DNA of 64,000 nt, taken from the NCBI GenBank assembly GCA_963665295.1, contig OY762209.1, positions 1,696,001 to 1,760,000 on the forward strand, given 5' to 3'. Below, piece by piece: positions 49,527 through 58,645 of this stretch (its first letter is position 1; each line of letters begins with the position of its first letter). Made by a program: the position numbers and the translations under genes. The stretch is from Syntrophorhabdaceae bacterium. Its GTDB lineage: Bacteria > Desulfobacterota > Syntrophorhabdia > Syntrophorhabdales > Syntrophorhabdaceae. The notes under the pieces are model-generated. The model saw nothing but the letters and a program-made list of their open reading frames with translations, searched no databases and was not told where the DNA came from.

Positions 49527-51053
49527 ATGAAAGGGGTAGTGAGGACGGCTATGGCGAGTAAAATGGAGATCAAGCGAAAGATCGAGGCGGTTCGGGCCCA
49601 TATGCGCGCGGAGGCGACGCCCTTCGGGAACACCTCGGCGGAGGCGCGGGACGAAAGGGTCAGGAGGTGCCGGGCGGAAGACGGGTATTTCGCGAGGACC
49701 TATCTTCCCCATTACTTCAACCGCCCGTCGCCCGCGTTTCACCGGGAGATCTACGAGTTCGCGAAGGTAGAAGACGAGCCTGTCTTCATCGCGGCCCCGC
49801 GGGAGCATGCGAAGTCTACCATTGTGAGTTTCGAGACCCCTATCGAGGACATCTGTCTCGAGCGGAAGCAGTTCATCATCCTCATTTCCGACACGGAGGA
49901 CCTTGCCGCGGATTTCAATGTCTTCATCATGCTCGAACTGGAAGAAAACGAGCGGATAAGGGCGGACTTCGGGGATTTGAAAGGTCGTCAATGGAAAGCG
50001 GAGGATTTTACCACGAAAAACGGCATCCGGGTCAAGGCGCGGGGCCGCGGACAGCGACTGAGGGGCTTGAGAAACAGGCAGTACAGGCCGGACAGGGTTA
50101 TCATCGACGACCTGGAAAATGACAAGAACGTGAAAAACCCGAAGCTCGTCAAAGAGACGGTCAACTGGATTCTCACCACCGTCATGGGGTCCCTGGAAAG
50201 AAACTTTTCCATGATGATGATCGGGACCATCCTCGCGAGGAATTCCGTCCTCTCCCGGTTTATCGACGCCCTTGACGAGAAGGGGCGGGCCCTCTACCTG
50301 AGCCGGATATACCGCGCCGTCAGGGAAGACGGGACGCCCCTGTGGCCTGACAAGTGGCCCCTCGAAAGGCTCGAAAAGAAGAAGCGGCAGATAGGCTCCG
50401 TCAACTTCAACCAGGAATTCATGAACGACCCCAGGGACGATGAGGGCATGTTCCGGGAGGAATGGATCAGGCCCTACTATCCGGAGGAACTGTCAGGCAG
50501 GCAGCTCAGGGCATACACCTACATCGACCCGTCCATGGAGAATGGGGCGTCCACGGACTACAAGGCAATTATCACCATCGGCATGGACGGGGAAGGCGTA
50601 ATCTACATCCTCGACGCCTTCATCGGCCGGTGCAGTATAGACGCCATGGCGCGGATCGGCTATTCCCGGTACGAGGAATTCCGGCCCCTCGGGTTCGGCA
50701 TGGAAGAAAACGCCCTCGGAGAATTTGCACGGAGCCCTTTCAAGCTTGTGGCAAGGGAGAAGAACTACCAGCTCCCCATACGGGGGATCAAACACTCCAC
50801 ATCCAAGGAAGCCCGGATCGGGAGGCTGTCGGCCTTTGTGGAGAGGGGCATTATAAGGTTCCGGAGGGGCCAGGGGAACCAGGACCTCCTGGTGGAACAG
50901 CTTATCGCCTTTCCGTCGTCCACTGTCAATGACGACGGTCCCGATGCCCTGGAAGGGGCGGTGGCCATGGCCGAAGAAGGCGCGGGAGGCGTGGTGGAGT
51001 TCCAGTCCACGGGCAGGAGAAGGGAATCGACACGAATGGAGGCATATTTTTGA
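49527..51053 (+). CDS. terL: Terminase large subunit
   Basis: Walker A APREHAKST, Walker B IIDDLE, IGT coupling motif, nuclease YIDPS and DDGPDALE. Confidence 0.93.
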   Translation: MKGVVRTAMASKMEIKRKIEAVRAHMRAEATPFGNTSAEARDERVRRCRAEDGYFARTYLPHYFNRPSPAFHREIYEFAKVEDEPVFIAAPREHAKSTIVSFETPIEDICLERKQFIILISDTEDLAADFNVFIMLELEENERIRADFGDLKGRQWKAEDFTTKNGIRVKARGRGQRLRGLRNRQYRPDRVIIDDLENDKNVKNPKLVKETVNWILTTVMGSLERNFSMMMIGTILARNSVLSRFIDALDEKGRALYLSRIYRAVREDGTPLWPDKWPLERLEKKKRQIGSVNFNQEFMNDPRDDEGMFREEWIRPYYPEELSGRQLRAYTYIDPSMENGASTDYKAIITIGMDGEGVIYILDAFIGRCSIDAMARIGYSRYEEFRPLGFGMEENALGEFARSPFKLVAREKNYQLPIRGIKHSTSKEARIGRLSAFVERGIIRFRRGQGNQDLLVEQLIAFPSSTVNDDGPDALEGAVAMAEEGAGGVVEFQSTGRRRESTRMEAYF

Positions 51054-52393
51054 AAGACCGGATATTGAGACCTGTGACCGATGAAATCGCGACCGCGGAG
51101 AAGGACATCTACCAGGACTATATGGGAAAGATCAGGATCAACCCCGACCGGTTGCTCAGGCGGGAGTCCGGCGGAAAAGGCATCGAGCTTTACGAAGACC
51201 TGCTTCGCGACGACCAGGTGGGATCGAACCTCAATACGCGCAAGCTCGCGGTGGTGGGAAAGGAATGGGAGGTTGTCCCCGCCTCGGAAAGAAAACAGGA
51301 CCAGCGGATCGCGGGGTTCGTCAAAGAGGTGCTCCTCAGATGCAATTACGACGATGCCCGAAGGACTCTCCTCTCCGGCCTCGTCCTCGGGTTCAAACCC
51401 GTGGAGGTCATGTGGGAATATTCAGAAGGTGACGTCTGGATCAGGGAGATCATCGGCAAGGCTTCCCGGCGGTTTGTATTCGACCTCGCGGGACGGCTCC
51501 GCCTCCTGACGACCCGGGATATGGTCCAGGGCGAGGAGGTGCCGGAGAGGAAATTCATGGTCTACGCGAATGCCTCCGACAACGGTTCGCCCTACGGCGA
51601 CGGCCTGGGGAGGCTCCTTTACTGGCCCGTGTGGTTCAAGAAGAACGCCATCAAGTTCTGGATGACCTTTGCCGACAAGTTCGGGAGTCCCACTGCCATA
51701 GGAAAGTATCCGCCCGGCACGCCCGAGGCTCAGCAGGACCAGCTTTTGTGGGCCATTGACGCCATACAGCAGGAATCGGCCATCAAAATACCGAACAACG
51801 TGGAGATCGGTTTCCTGGAAGCGACCCGCTCCGGGTCGGTGAACACCTACGAGAGCCTTTGCGCATTCATGAACGCCGCCATATCCAAGGTGCTCCTCGG
51901 CCAAACCCTCACCACGGAGGTGGGCGCAGCAGGGAGCTACGCGGCCTCGCGCACCCACGAGACGGTGCGGGAGGATTACGTCAAGGCCGACGCGGACTCC
52001 CTGTGCGCCGCCCTCAACCGTCAACTCGTGCGCTGGATCGTGGACTACAACTTCCCCGGCGTGACCCGGTACCCCTTGGTCTGGATCAGGACGGAGGCGG
52101 AAAAGGACCTTAAACTCCTTGCCGACCGGGACAAGGTGATCATCGTAGACATGGGGGTGCCTGTAACCGCCGATTACATCTATAACACCTATGGAATCCC
52201 GAAGCCCGAGGACGGCGAGAAGCTTATAAATGCCCCTGCAAAAGGGCCTGTAAGCCCACAACCGGATCAGCCAAACCCGCAAAATGATAGGTCCGCAAGT
52301 TTTGCAGAACAGACCCCTGGGAACTCCGCGCTCATCGAGGCGCAACGGAACATAGACACTCTCGCGGGTAATGCCGTGAAACAGGCAGAATAG
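51050..52393 (+). CDS. Portal protein (DUF935, Mu gp29-like)
   Basis: FKKNA..FW..FADKFGSP..IGKY, ISKVLLGQTLTT and GSYA...H..VR. Confidence 0.93.
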   Translation: MKDRILRPVTDEIATAEKDIYQDYMGKIRINPDRLLRRESGGKGIELYEDLLRDDQVGSNLNTRKLAVVGKEWEVVPASERKQDQRIAGFVKEVLLRCNYDDARRTLLSGLVLGFKPVEVMWEYSEGDVWIREIIGKASRRFVFDLAGRLRLLTTRDMVQGEEVPERKFMVYANASDNGSPYGDGLGRLLYWPVWFKKNAIKFWMTFADKFGSPTAIGKYPPGTPEAQQDQLLWAIDAIQQESAIKIPNNVEIGFLEATRSGSVNTYESLCAFMNAAISKVLLGQTLTTEVGAAGSYAASRTHETVREDYVKADADSLCAALNRQLVRWIVDYNFPGVTRYPLVWIRTEAEKDLKLLADRDKVIIVDMGVPVTADYIYNTYGIPKPEDGEKLINAPAKGPVSPQPDQPNPQNDRSASFAEQTPGNSALIEAQRNIDTLAGNAVKQAE

Positions 52394-52653
52394 TCATGAG
52401 AAAACGTTATGTTTCGTCTATCGATGCGGGCGGAAATCGGCAGATGCTGCTTGTCGCGGAGAGCGCCCGAGGGCAATGGACGGGGTACACAGCCTTCTAT
52501 ACGCGGAATTACGGCTACATTGACGGCATTCGGAACGGGGTATTGCTCTATGGAAAATAGACGGGGTCAGGCGTCCCCCGTGCGGAACGTGGCCGGTCTT
52601 TGCTGTGTCGGGTGCACGGCCCACAGCATCGACATCACAAGTATAACACAGCA

Positions 52654-52899
52654 AAAGGACGTGTCAAGGGGCCGATCGACACCGCCCGGCTTCGGAACGC
52701 CACAAATTACAGAGCCTATGCGAACAGGGTGAAAATAGGCACGAATGCAGTGTATTCCGCCATTCATCAGTTCGGAGGCAAGACAGGCAGGAGCCCTAAA
52801 GTTACGATTCCCGCCCGGCCGTATCTCGCGGTCCACGATGAGGATTGGCCGGAGATCAAAAGGGTAATTGAGAACTATCTCACGAGGAGGAACGCATAA
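52654..52899 (+). pseudogene. C-terminal half of a Mu gpG-like virion morphogenesis gene
   Basis: DTARLRNA..Y....VKIGTN.VYSAIHQFGG..IPARPYL motif; no recognisable N-terminal half or RBS. Left boundary approximate. Confidence 0.75.
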
Positions 52900-54062
52900 T
52901 GCCAAACTACATCGAGCGCCGATTCCCCGTCTTTAAGGCGGGCACACACACGGATTCGGGAGGGCAGCAAAGAACCTGGACCCCTGCCGATCTCGACCAT
53001 ATGGCTTCGGCCTACGATCCCGCTCACCACGAAGCCCCCGTGGTGATAGGTCACCCCAAAGACAATTCACCGGCCTTCGGCTGGGTCAAGGGCTTGAGCC
53101 ACGAGGACGGCATGATCTACGCCCGGGCGGAACTTGTTCCGGAATTCGATGAAATGGTGCGGAAGGGCCTTTTCAAGAAGCGTTCCATCTCGCTCTATGA
53201 AGACGGCTCGCTGAGACATATCGGGTTCCTCGGGGCAAGGCCGCCCGCGGTAAAGGGGCTCCCTGATATCCGGTTCAACGACGGGAAGGAGGCTGCGGTC
53301 GTCATCGTGACGAACAGTCTCCAGGGACCGAACGGAAACGAAGTGCCCCGCGGCAAACCAAGGGGTTTCAAAGGCGATTACCCCGCCTTGACACTGTTTC
53401 GAAGCACGCTTCGGGGTATGGGCCCGCGGGGCAATCAACCACAAGGAGGTAGAGAAATGAAATTTTTCGAATGGGCCAGACAACTGGCCGGCAAGGAAGG
53501 GGTCACCCTCGAAGACCTGCCCCCGTCCTTTTCCGAGGCGGAGATTGAGAAGAGGATCGAAAAGGCCTTGACGGAGGAGCGAACGAGGATTGCCACGGGG
53601 TTTGCCGAGGCGCGGAAGGCGGAGGAGGAAAAACTGAGAAAGAGGGAAGAGGACCTCAACGCAAAGGAAAGAGAGGCGAGAAACAAGGGCATCGCCTCAT
53701 TCTGCGAGGCCCTGGAAAGGGAGGGGAGGCTTACCCCGGCTATGATGAAGGCGGGTATGGGCATGACGAACTTCCTCACCGCCATCGGTTCCATGGATGG
53801 GACCATCGAGTTCGGGGAGACAGACCACAAGACCTCGCAGACCCCCCTCGAGTTCATGGAGATGTTTCTCCGAGGGCTCCCCAAAGCCATAGAATTCGGC
53901 GAAGTGGCCTTTGCGGGCAAGGACCCCGGGGCAAAGGGGGACTCCGGGAAATGGGAAAGGCTCGTGGAGAGCTACATGGAAAAGAATCCCTCGGCGTCAT
54001 ACAGGGAAGCGATACTCATTGTGTCGAAGGAGAACCCGGAGCTTTTTCAGGAAAGGGAGTAG
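52899..54062 (+). CDS. Prohead protease/scaffold (Mu gpI/Z-like)
   Basis: FKAGTH, APVVIGHP, PAFGWV, KKRSIS and LRHIGFLGA.PPAVKGL, followed by a coiled-coil scaffold region. Confidence 0.9.
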   Translation: MPNYIERRFPVFKAGTHTDSGGQQRTWTPADLDHMASAYDPAHHEAPVVIGHPKDNSPAFGWVKGLSHEDGMIYARAELVPEFDEMVRKGLFKKRSISLYEDGSLRHIGFLGARPPAVKGLPDIRFNDGKEAAVVIVTNSLQGPNGNEVPRGKPRGFKGDYPALTLFRSTLRGMGPRGNQPQGGREMKFFEWARQLAGKEGVTLEDLPPSFSEAEIEKRIEKALTEERTRIATGFAEARKAEEEKLRKREEDLNAKEREARNKGIASFCEALEREGRLTPAMMKAGMGMTNFLTAIGSMDGTIEFGETDHKTSQTPLEFMEMFLRGLPKAIEFGEVAFAGKDPGAKGDSGKWERLVESYMEKNPSASYREAILIVSKENPELFQERE

Positions 54063-54109
54063 AGGGTCCGCGGTTCCAACGACCTAAAGGGTTAATACAA
54101 GGAGGCAAT

Positions 54110-54493
54110 ATGATAGGACAGACCACAGGATTGGAGAAATCGGTAAAGTGCGGGGCAGCCGTACCTGAGGCGTATACCATCGCCAAATTCGGCGCGGACG
54201 ACGATACCATGTCCCTTGCCACAGGGGCATCGGACATGCTCGCCGGTGTTTTCCAGCATACCACCACGGAGGCGGGAGAAGAGGTGCGCCTTATGATGGG
54301 AGGGGTGACGAAGATCAGACTCGGCGGGTCGGTCACCAGGGGGCATGCCCTCACGTCCGACGCGTCGGGCCGGGGAATCTCCGCCGCCCCCGCAACGGGA
54401 AGCAACGCCCGCGTTATTGGTGTGAGTCTCGCGAGCGGTGCCTCGGGAGACATTGTCACCATGCTCATCGCCCCGTCCGTAATACAGGGGTAA
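54110..54493 (+). CDS. Capsid decoration/cement protein (DUF2190-like)
   Basis: Gly/Ala-rich; GGSVTRG..LTSDASGR and ASGDIV; between scaffold and capsid; AAGGAGG RBS. Confidence 0.75.
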   Translation: MIGQTTGLEKSVKCGAAVPEAYTIAKFGADDDTMSLATGASDMLAGVFQHTTTEAGEEVRLMMGGVTKIRLGGSVTRGHALTSDASGRGISAAPATGSNARVIGVSLASGASGDIVTMLIAPSVIQG

Positions 54494-54549
54494 GAGCCAT
54501 TCAGGCGGCTTAAAGACGTTCGAGGGATTAAGAAAAGGAGGAAGACCAC

Positions 54550-55488
54550 ATGTCCGAACCGAGACAATTGCACGTAGACAGCGTATTATCGAATCTTTCC
54601 ATCAAATACAGGAACGAAGCCATGATCTGGCCCAGGGTCCTGCCCCAGGTTAAAGTGGGTTTCCGGTCAAACAAGTTCGACAGGTATAACAAAGAGGACA
54701 GCTACCGCCTCGCCGCCGACCATATCGGCCCGAAATCTCTCCCCAACGAAGCGGAGTGGGGAGTGACCCAGGACAACTATTCCGTGAAGGACCACGCCCT
54801 CGGGGAATGGCTCCCTCAGGAAAGCATAGACAACGCGGACAATCCCCTTCAGCCGGAGATGGATACCAACGATTTCCTGAACCTTCTCCTCGATATTGCC
54901 CAGGAGAGAAGAGTGGCGAACCTGGTTTTCAGCGCCGCCGCCTATCCCACGGGGAACAGGGTCAGCCTCTCGGGTACCTCCCAGTGGGGCGGGTCCGCGG
55001 ACGACCCCATAGGGAACCTCCTCACTGCGGTGGAATCCTGTTTCATCCGGGCCAACACAGTGGTAATGGGGGCGGAAACGTGGCTCACCTTCCGCAAGTT
55101 GCCGGAAATCCTCGACGCGGTAAAAGGAGGGTCCCGCTACCAGGGGAGCCCCGGAGGGCTTGCCACCACAGACGAGTGCCGGGGCCTCTTCGAAGTGGAG
55201 AACTGGCTCGTGGGGAGGGGCCGCTACATTACCTCTCCCGAAGGGCAGACCTCCGCGTTTTCAAGGCTGTGGGGCAAGCATTGCGCGGCCCTCTACGTGG
55301 ACCCGAACCCGGGGGTTAAGACCGTCACTTTCGGGGTTACCTTTTCCGAGATGCTCCGCCAGACCCAGCGCGATTTCGACCCCAAAAGGGGCATTAAGGG
55401 TGCCCACTATTTCAAGGTAGCCTGGAACTCGGACGAGAAGATCATCGCAAGCGACCTGGGGTATTTGATCGAGAACGCGGTACCGTAA
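54550..55488 (+). CDS. Major capsid protein
   Basis: VDSVLSNLSI.Y.N, ERRVA, W....DPI, WG...L.Y and FGVTF...GYLIENAV pattern; position in the head module. Confidence 0.88.
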   Translation: MSEPRQLHVDSVLSNLSIKYRNEAMIWPRVLPQVKVGFRSNKFDRYNKEDSYRLAADHIGPKSLPNEAEWGVTQDNYSVKDHALGEWLPQESIDNADNPLQPEMDTNDFLNLLLDIAQERRVANLVFSAAAYPTGNRVSLSGTSQWGGSADDPIGNLLTAVESCFIRANTVVMGAETWLTFRKLPEILDAVKGGSRYQGSPGGLATTDECRGLFEVENWLVGRGRYITSPEGQTSAFSRLWGKHCAALYVDPNPGVKTVTFGVTFSEMLRQTQRDFDPKRGIKGAHYFKVAWNSDEKIIASDLGYLIENAVP

Positions 55489-55504
55489 GAAAGGAGCTGA
55501 TCGA

Positions 55505-55669
55505 ATGCCCGCATACAGAGTGTTGGATGCACATATATACCACGACGGGGCCATGTACGGTCCCGGCGACATGGTGGAGCTTACGGAGGAACAGGCGGAA
55601 AAACTTCGTGTGGCAAAGGTGGCGGAGGGCCGGAAGAATCAGGAAAAGGGCGGCACGAGGAAACGATAG
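55505..55669 (+). CDS. Small phage protein following the capsid gene
   Basis: 54 aa MPAYRVLDAHIYHDGAMYGPGDMVELTEEQAEKL...; AAGGAG RBS; below the ORF-track length cutoff. Confidence 0.75.
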   Translation: MPAYRVLDAHIYHDGAMYGPGDMVELTEEQAEKLRVAKVAEGRKNQEKGGTRKR

Positions 55670-55686
55670 CGCGTCCCGGAGGAACC

Positions 55687-56118
55687 ATGTACAGTACCAT
55701 CGATGATTTGAAAAAACTGATCCCGGAGGAAACCCTCATCCAACTCACGGACGACGAGGGGAAAGGGGTGGTAGTGGTCACCCGGGCGGAAGAGGCTATA
55801 GCGCAGGCGGATGGGGAGATTGATTCGTATTGCGCCGTGAAATACGCGGTTCCCCTCGTCCCCGTCCCCGGGATCGTGAAGAAATGTTCCGTCGACATGG
55901 CCCTCTATAACCTTTACAGTCGTCGCGTGGAGGAGATCCCTTCCACCCGCGCCGACCGTTACCGGAATGCGGTCCGCCTTCTCGAGGGAATAGTGAAAGG
56001 GACCGTATCCCTCGGAGAGGTCCCCGGAGCGGAGGCTCCAAGGCAGGGCGATTGGATCGAATCGACCCGGGAGGAAAGTGAAAGGACCGTGACGAGGTCG
56101 AGGCTGGAGGGATTCTGA
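55687..56118 (+). CDS. Head-tail adaptor (DUF1320, Mu gp36-like)
   Basis: MYSTIDDL, LIQLTD, ADGEIDSY...Y.VPL and RY..AVR.LE.I.KG.VSLG. Confidence 0.9.
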   Translation: MYSTIDDLKKLIPEETLIQLTDDEGKGVVVVTRAEEAIAQADGEIDSYCAVKYAVPLVPVPGIVKKCSVDMALYNLYSRRVEEIPSTRADRYRNAVRLLEGIVKGTVSLGEVPGAEAPRQGDWIESTREESERTVTRSRLEGF

Positions 56119-56120
56119 CA

Positions 56121-56627
56121 ATGAGGACAGACACGGACGCGGGATGGGGGAGGGATGAATGGGCCGACCAGCCCTACGGCGGGTTATTGGATACCGTTGT
56201 CGCCATAGAAGAGGCGATAAAGGCCGGGATCAGGGATGCCATGCCCTATGTGAAGACGGTGGATACCTACGCGGGCCAGCTCGAAGAGGATATCTCCCGC
56301 CTTGTCCAACCCTTTCCCGCGGTCTTCGTTACTTACGGAGGCTCGGCGTTTGAGTGGGTGGACGGCCGCAGTTTCAGCGCTGCACCGGATTTTTCGGTTA
56401 TCGTGGCGGCCAGGGATTTGAGGGGCAAAGAGGATTTGAGGAAGGCCGAATACGGTTGCTACCGGATGGTCGCAGACGCCCTCGCCGCCATCGCCAACCA
56501 GACCTTCGGGCTGGACATCCTGCCCATGAAGCCCGTCAAGGTGGCGCTCATGCTGGTTTCAAGGACCGTGGCAGCCTATGGCATAGATTTTCAGACCGCC
56601 TTCGACACCGTCTATCCCCCGCAATAG
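56121..56627 (+). CDS. Tail terminator-like protein (Mu gp37/DUF1834-like)
   Basis: IEEAI, V.TY.GQ, PAVFV.Y.G and AY.IDF.T; follows the gp36-like gene. Confidence 0.8.
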   Translation: MRTDTDAGWGRDEWADQPYGGLLDTVVAIEEAIKAGIRDAMPYVKTVDTYAGQLEEDISRLVQPFPAVFVTYGGSAFEWVDGRSFSAAPDFSVIVAARDLRGKEDLRKAEYGCYRMVADALAAIANQTFGLDILPMKPVKVALMLVSRTVAAYGIDFQTAFDTVYPPQ

Positions 56628-56763
56628 AAGAAAGAGGAGGAAAGATAAGGAATATGAAGGAGGCGGAACCCGGTTCAGGGACGAGGTATTTGAAAGAGCC
56701 GCGAATACGGGGAATGCGACTGAAGGCAGCGATGATATGACAAGTTCAGAGGAGGGATAAACC

Positions 56764-57825
56764 ATGCCAAGCGGAGTGGCGGGAGTAGAAGTAAGAGGGG
56801 CATTGAAAAAGGCCTCGGCGTGGGGCGCGGCGGTGGCGTGCGCAACGGGTGACGGAATACTGATGTTGCCGTCGAGCCTCAGGAAGGACGCACCGATCGA
56901 AATCGACGATTCAATGGGCACATTTTTCAGCAAGGACGGCCTTCCCGGCACCATCAAGGTGGAGGGGGACCTTCTCGCGTATTTGAGGTATGACGGCCTG
57001 GACGTGCCCATCGCCCTTGCCATGGGCATTGCGGGCGCGCCGGCCCAGCAGGGGGCTGCCGCCGCCTATGGGTTCACCTACAGGTTCGCCACGTCGGTGG
57101 ATGGTTTGTTCGCGAGCTTCGCGCAACACATGAAGAACTACATCATGGAAATCCCGTCCCTCAAGGTGACCGGATTCACCATCAAGGGGGAAACGGGCAA
57201 AGCCGTGGAGATCACCTTTCACACGATCTCAATCAACAAGGTCTATGACTCGGCAGTCAATACGACTGCCACATTCGATAATGTCACCTATTTCGAGCAG
57301 CAGAACCGTATAAAGTTCTCCGAGTCGGTGTTCCGGATGAACGACCAGGGCGGCGCGGCCCTCGGCTCCGGTGACAGGATATACCCGAGTTCCTTTGAGC
57401 TTTCAGTGAAGAGGAAGCTGAAAGGAGAGTATACGGGGGAGTTCAAATACACCGGCGGCTCGAATGTGCAGGATTTGATTGATGAGCCCACCAATGACGG
57501 CATGCCGGAAATCAGTCTGAAAATAGTTTTTCCGAGGCACACGGGCACGACGTATCTCGCGGCCCTCGGCACGGATACGCGAAAGAAGATGGACATTACC
57601 TTTACGGGAGCGAATATCGCCTCCGCCTACAACAGGACTTTTGCGCTCCGGTTCCCCCACCTGCAACTCAGGAACGACGATCCCGCGGATGCGGCGGGGA
57701 TCATCAGGGAACCCCTGGAATTTATCGTTCACGGGGCAGTGACCGCGCCCGTGGGTATGACGGGGTGTACGGACCCCCTGTGGATAAGCGGGATCAATAA
57801 GCGCTCCACCGACCCTCTGGCATAG
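56764..57825 (+). CDS. Tail tube protein (non-contractile tail)
   Basis: Beta-rich 353 aa protein between terminator and chaperone; no sheath gene present. Confidence 0.75.
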   Translation: MPSGVAGVEVRGALKKASAWGAAVACATGDGILMLPSSLRKDAPIEIDDSMGTFFSKDGLPGTIKVEGDLLAYLRYDGLDVPIALAMGIAGAPAQQGAAAAYGFTYRFATSVDGLFASFAQHMKNYIMEIPSLKVTGFTIKGETGKAVEITFHTISINKVYDSAVNTTATFDNVTYFEQQNRIKFSESVFRMNDQGGAALGSGDRIYPSSFELSVKRKLKGEYTGEFKYTGGSNVQDLIDEPTNDGMPEISLKIVFPRHTGTTYLAALGTDTRKKMDITFTGANIASAYNRTFALRFPHLQLRNDDPADAAGIIREPLEFIVHGAVTAPVGMTGCTDPLWISGINKRSTDPLA

Positions 57826-57950
57826 GTGGCGTGTCTGAGGCGCATCCTCGATCGTTCCCTCGCGGACCGTGCCGTTTCGACCTTTGTCGTACCCACGGTG
57901 CCGGGGACTTAGGGGTTTCACGGAATAAGAACTGTCATAAGGAGGTATAC

Positions 57951-58364
57951 ATGGAGTTACGGGGATTGAAGAATGAAAGTTTACAGGGTTGGGTGCCCTT
58001 TGATGATGATACGGAGATACTCATTGCCTATGTGTCGAGGGAGGACCTGAGGGTGCTCAGAAAAGAGGCTACTTCCCTGAAGTTCATGAGGCACGGGAAG
58101 TCGGAAGAGACCGATGCGAAAGAGGCGGACAGGCTCCTGGGAAGAAAGGCCGTCAAGGACTGGCGGGCGCTTCCCGGGAGAAAGGGTTTTACCATGGGTG
58201 GAGAGCCCTTCAGGTATTCTCCGGAGAACTGTGATTTCCTCATGGAGAGGTTCAACGAATTCGCGAATTTCGTGAATGAGACCGCCATCGATTTTGTGAC
58301 CTTCGTGGAGGAGGAGAAGGAAGAAACGCTAAAAAACTCCTCAGCCACATCAGGGCAAGGATAG
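57951..58364 (+). CDS. Tail assembly chaperone (lambda G-like)
   Basis: AVKDW, YSPEN and acidic end EEEKEETLKN; AAGGAGG RBS; slippery site at the 3' end. Confidence 0.8.
   Translation: MELRGLKNESLQGWVPFDDDTEILIAYVSREDLRVLRKEATSLKFMRHGKSEETDAKEADRLLGRKAVKDWRALPGRKGFTMGGEPFRYSPENCDFLMERFNEFANFVNETAIDFVTFVEEEKEETLKNSSATSGQG
58331..58337 (+). other. Programmed -1 frameshift heptamer A AAA AAC
   Basis: X XXY YYZ in the correct frame; the -1 frame is open into the 58376-58645 ORF. Confidence 0.85.
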
Positions 58365-58645
58365 ACTTTCCTGGTGTGTCGTGCGAGGAATGCGAGCGGG
58401 GCCGGCAGATCGACGGCGACGTGCCCCGTTGCGAGACGGAGCAGGGCTGCATCATTCCGTCCCTGGAGGGGACGGGCGCGCGGGTCATGGCGATGAGGGA
58501 AAGATTGACAAGCCTCAAGGGCCTGGTCGACAGCGGAACTGTCCTGGCCTTATACGAAGCGACGAGGGAAGACCTGGAAATGCTTGCGAAGGTGGAAGAG
58601 GCGATGGGAACAATGAAACAACCGGGGAGTATGAAAAATGGCTGA
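58337..58645 (+). CDS. Frameshift extension of the tail chaperone (GT-like C-terminal part)
   Basis: LLSHIRARIDFPGVSCEECE...C...C...; no convincing RBS of its own; ends overlapping the tape-measure start. Confidence 0.75.
   Translation, partial: LLSHIRARIDFPGVSCEECERGRQIDGDVPRCETEQGCIIPSLEGTGARVMAMRERLTSLKGLVDSGTVLALYEATREDLEMLAKVEEAMGTMKQPGSMKNG

Noticed and set aside
56654..56740. 28-codon ORF between the gp37-like and tail tube genes
   Set aside because: Too short and without recognisable motif; may be a remnant but cannot be supported.
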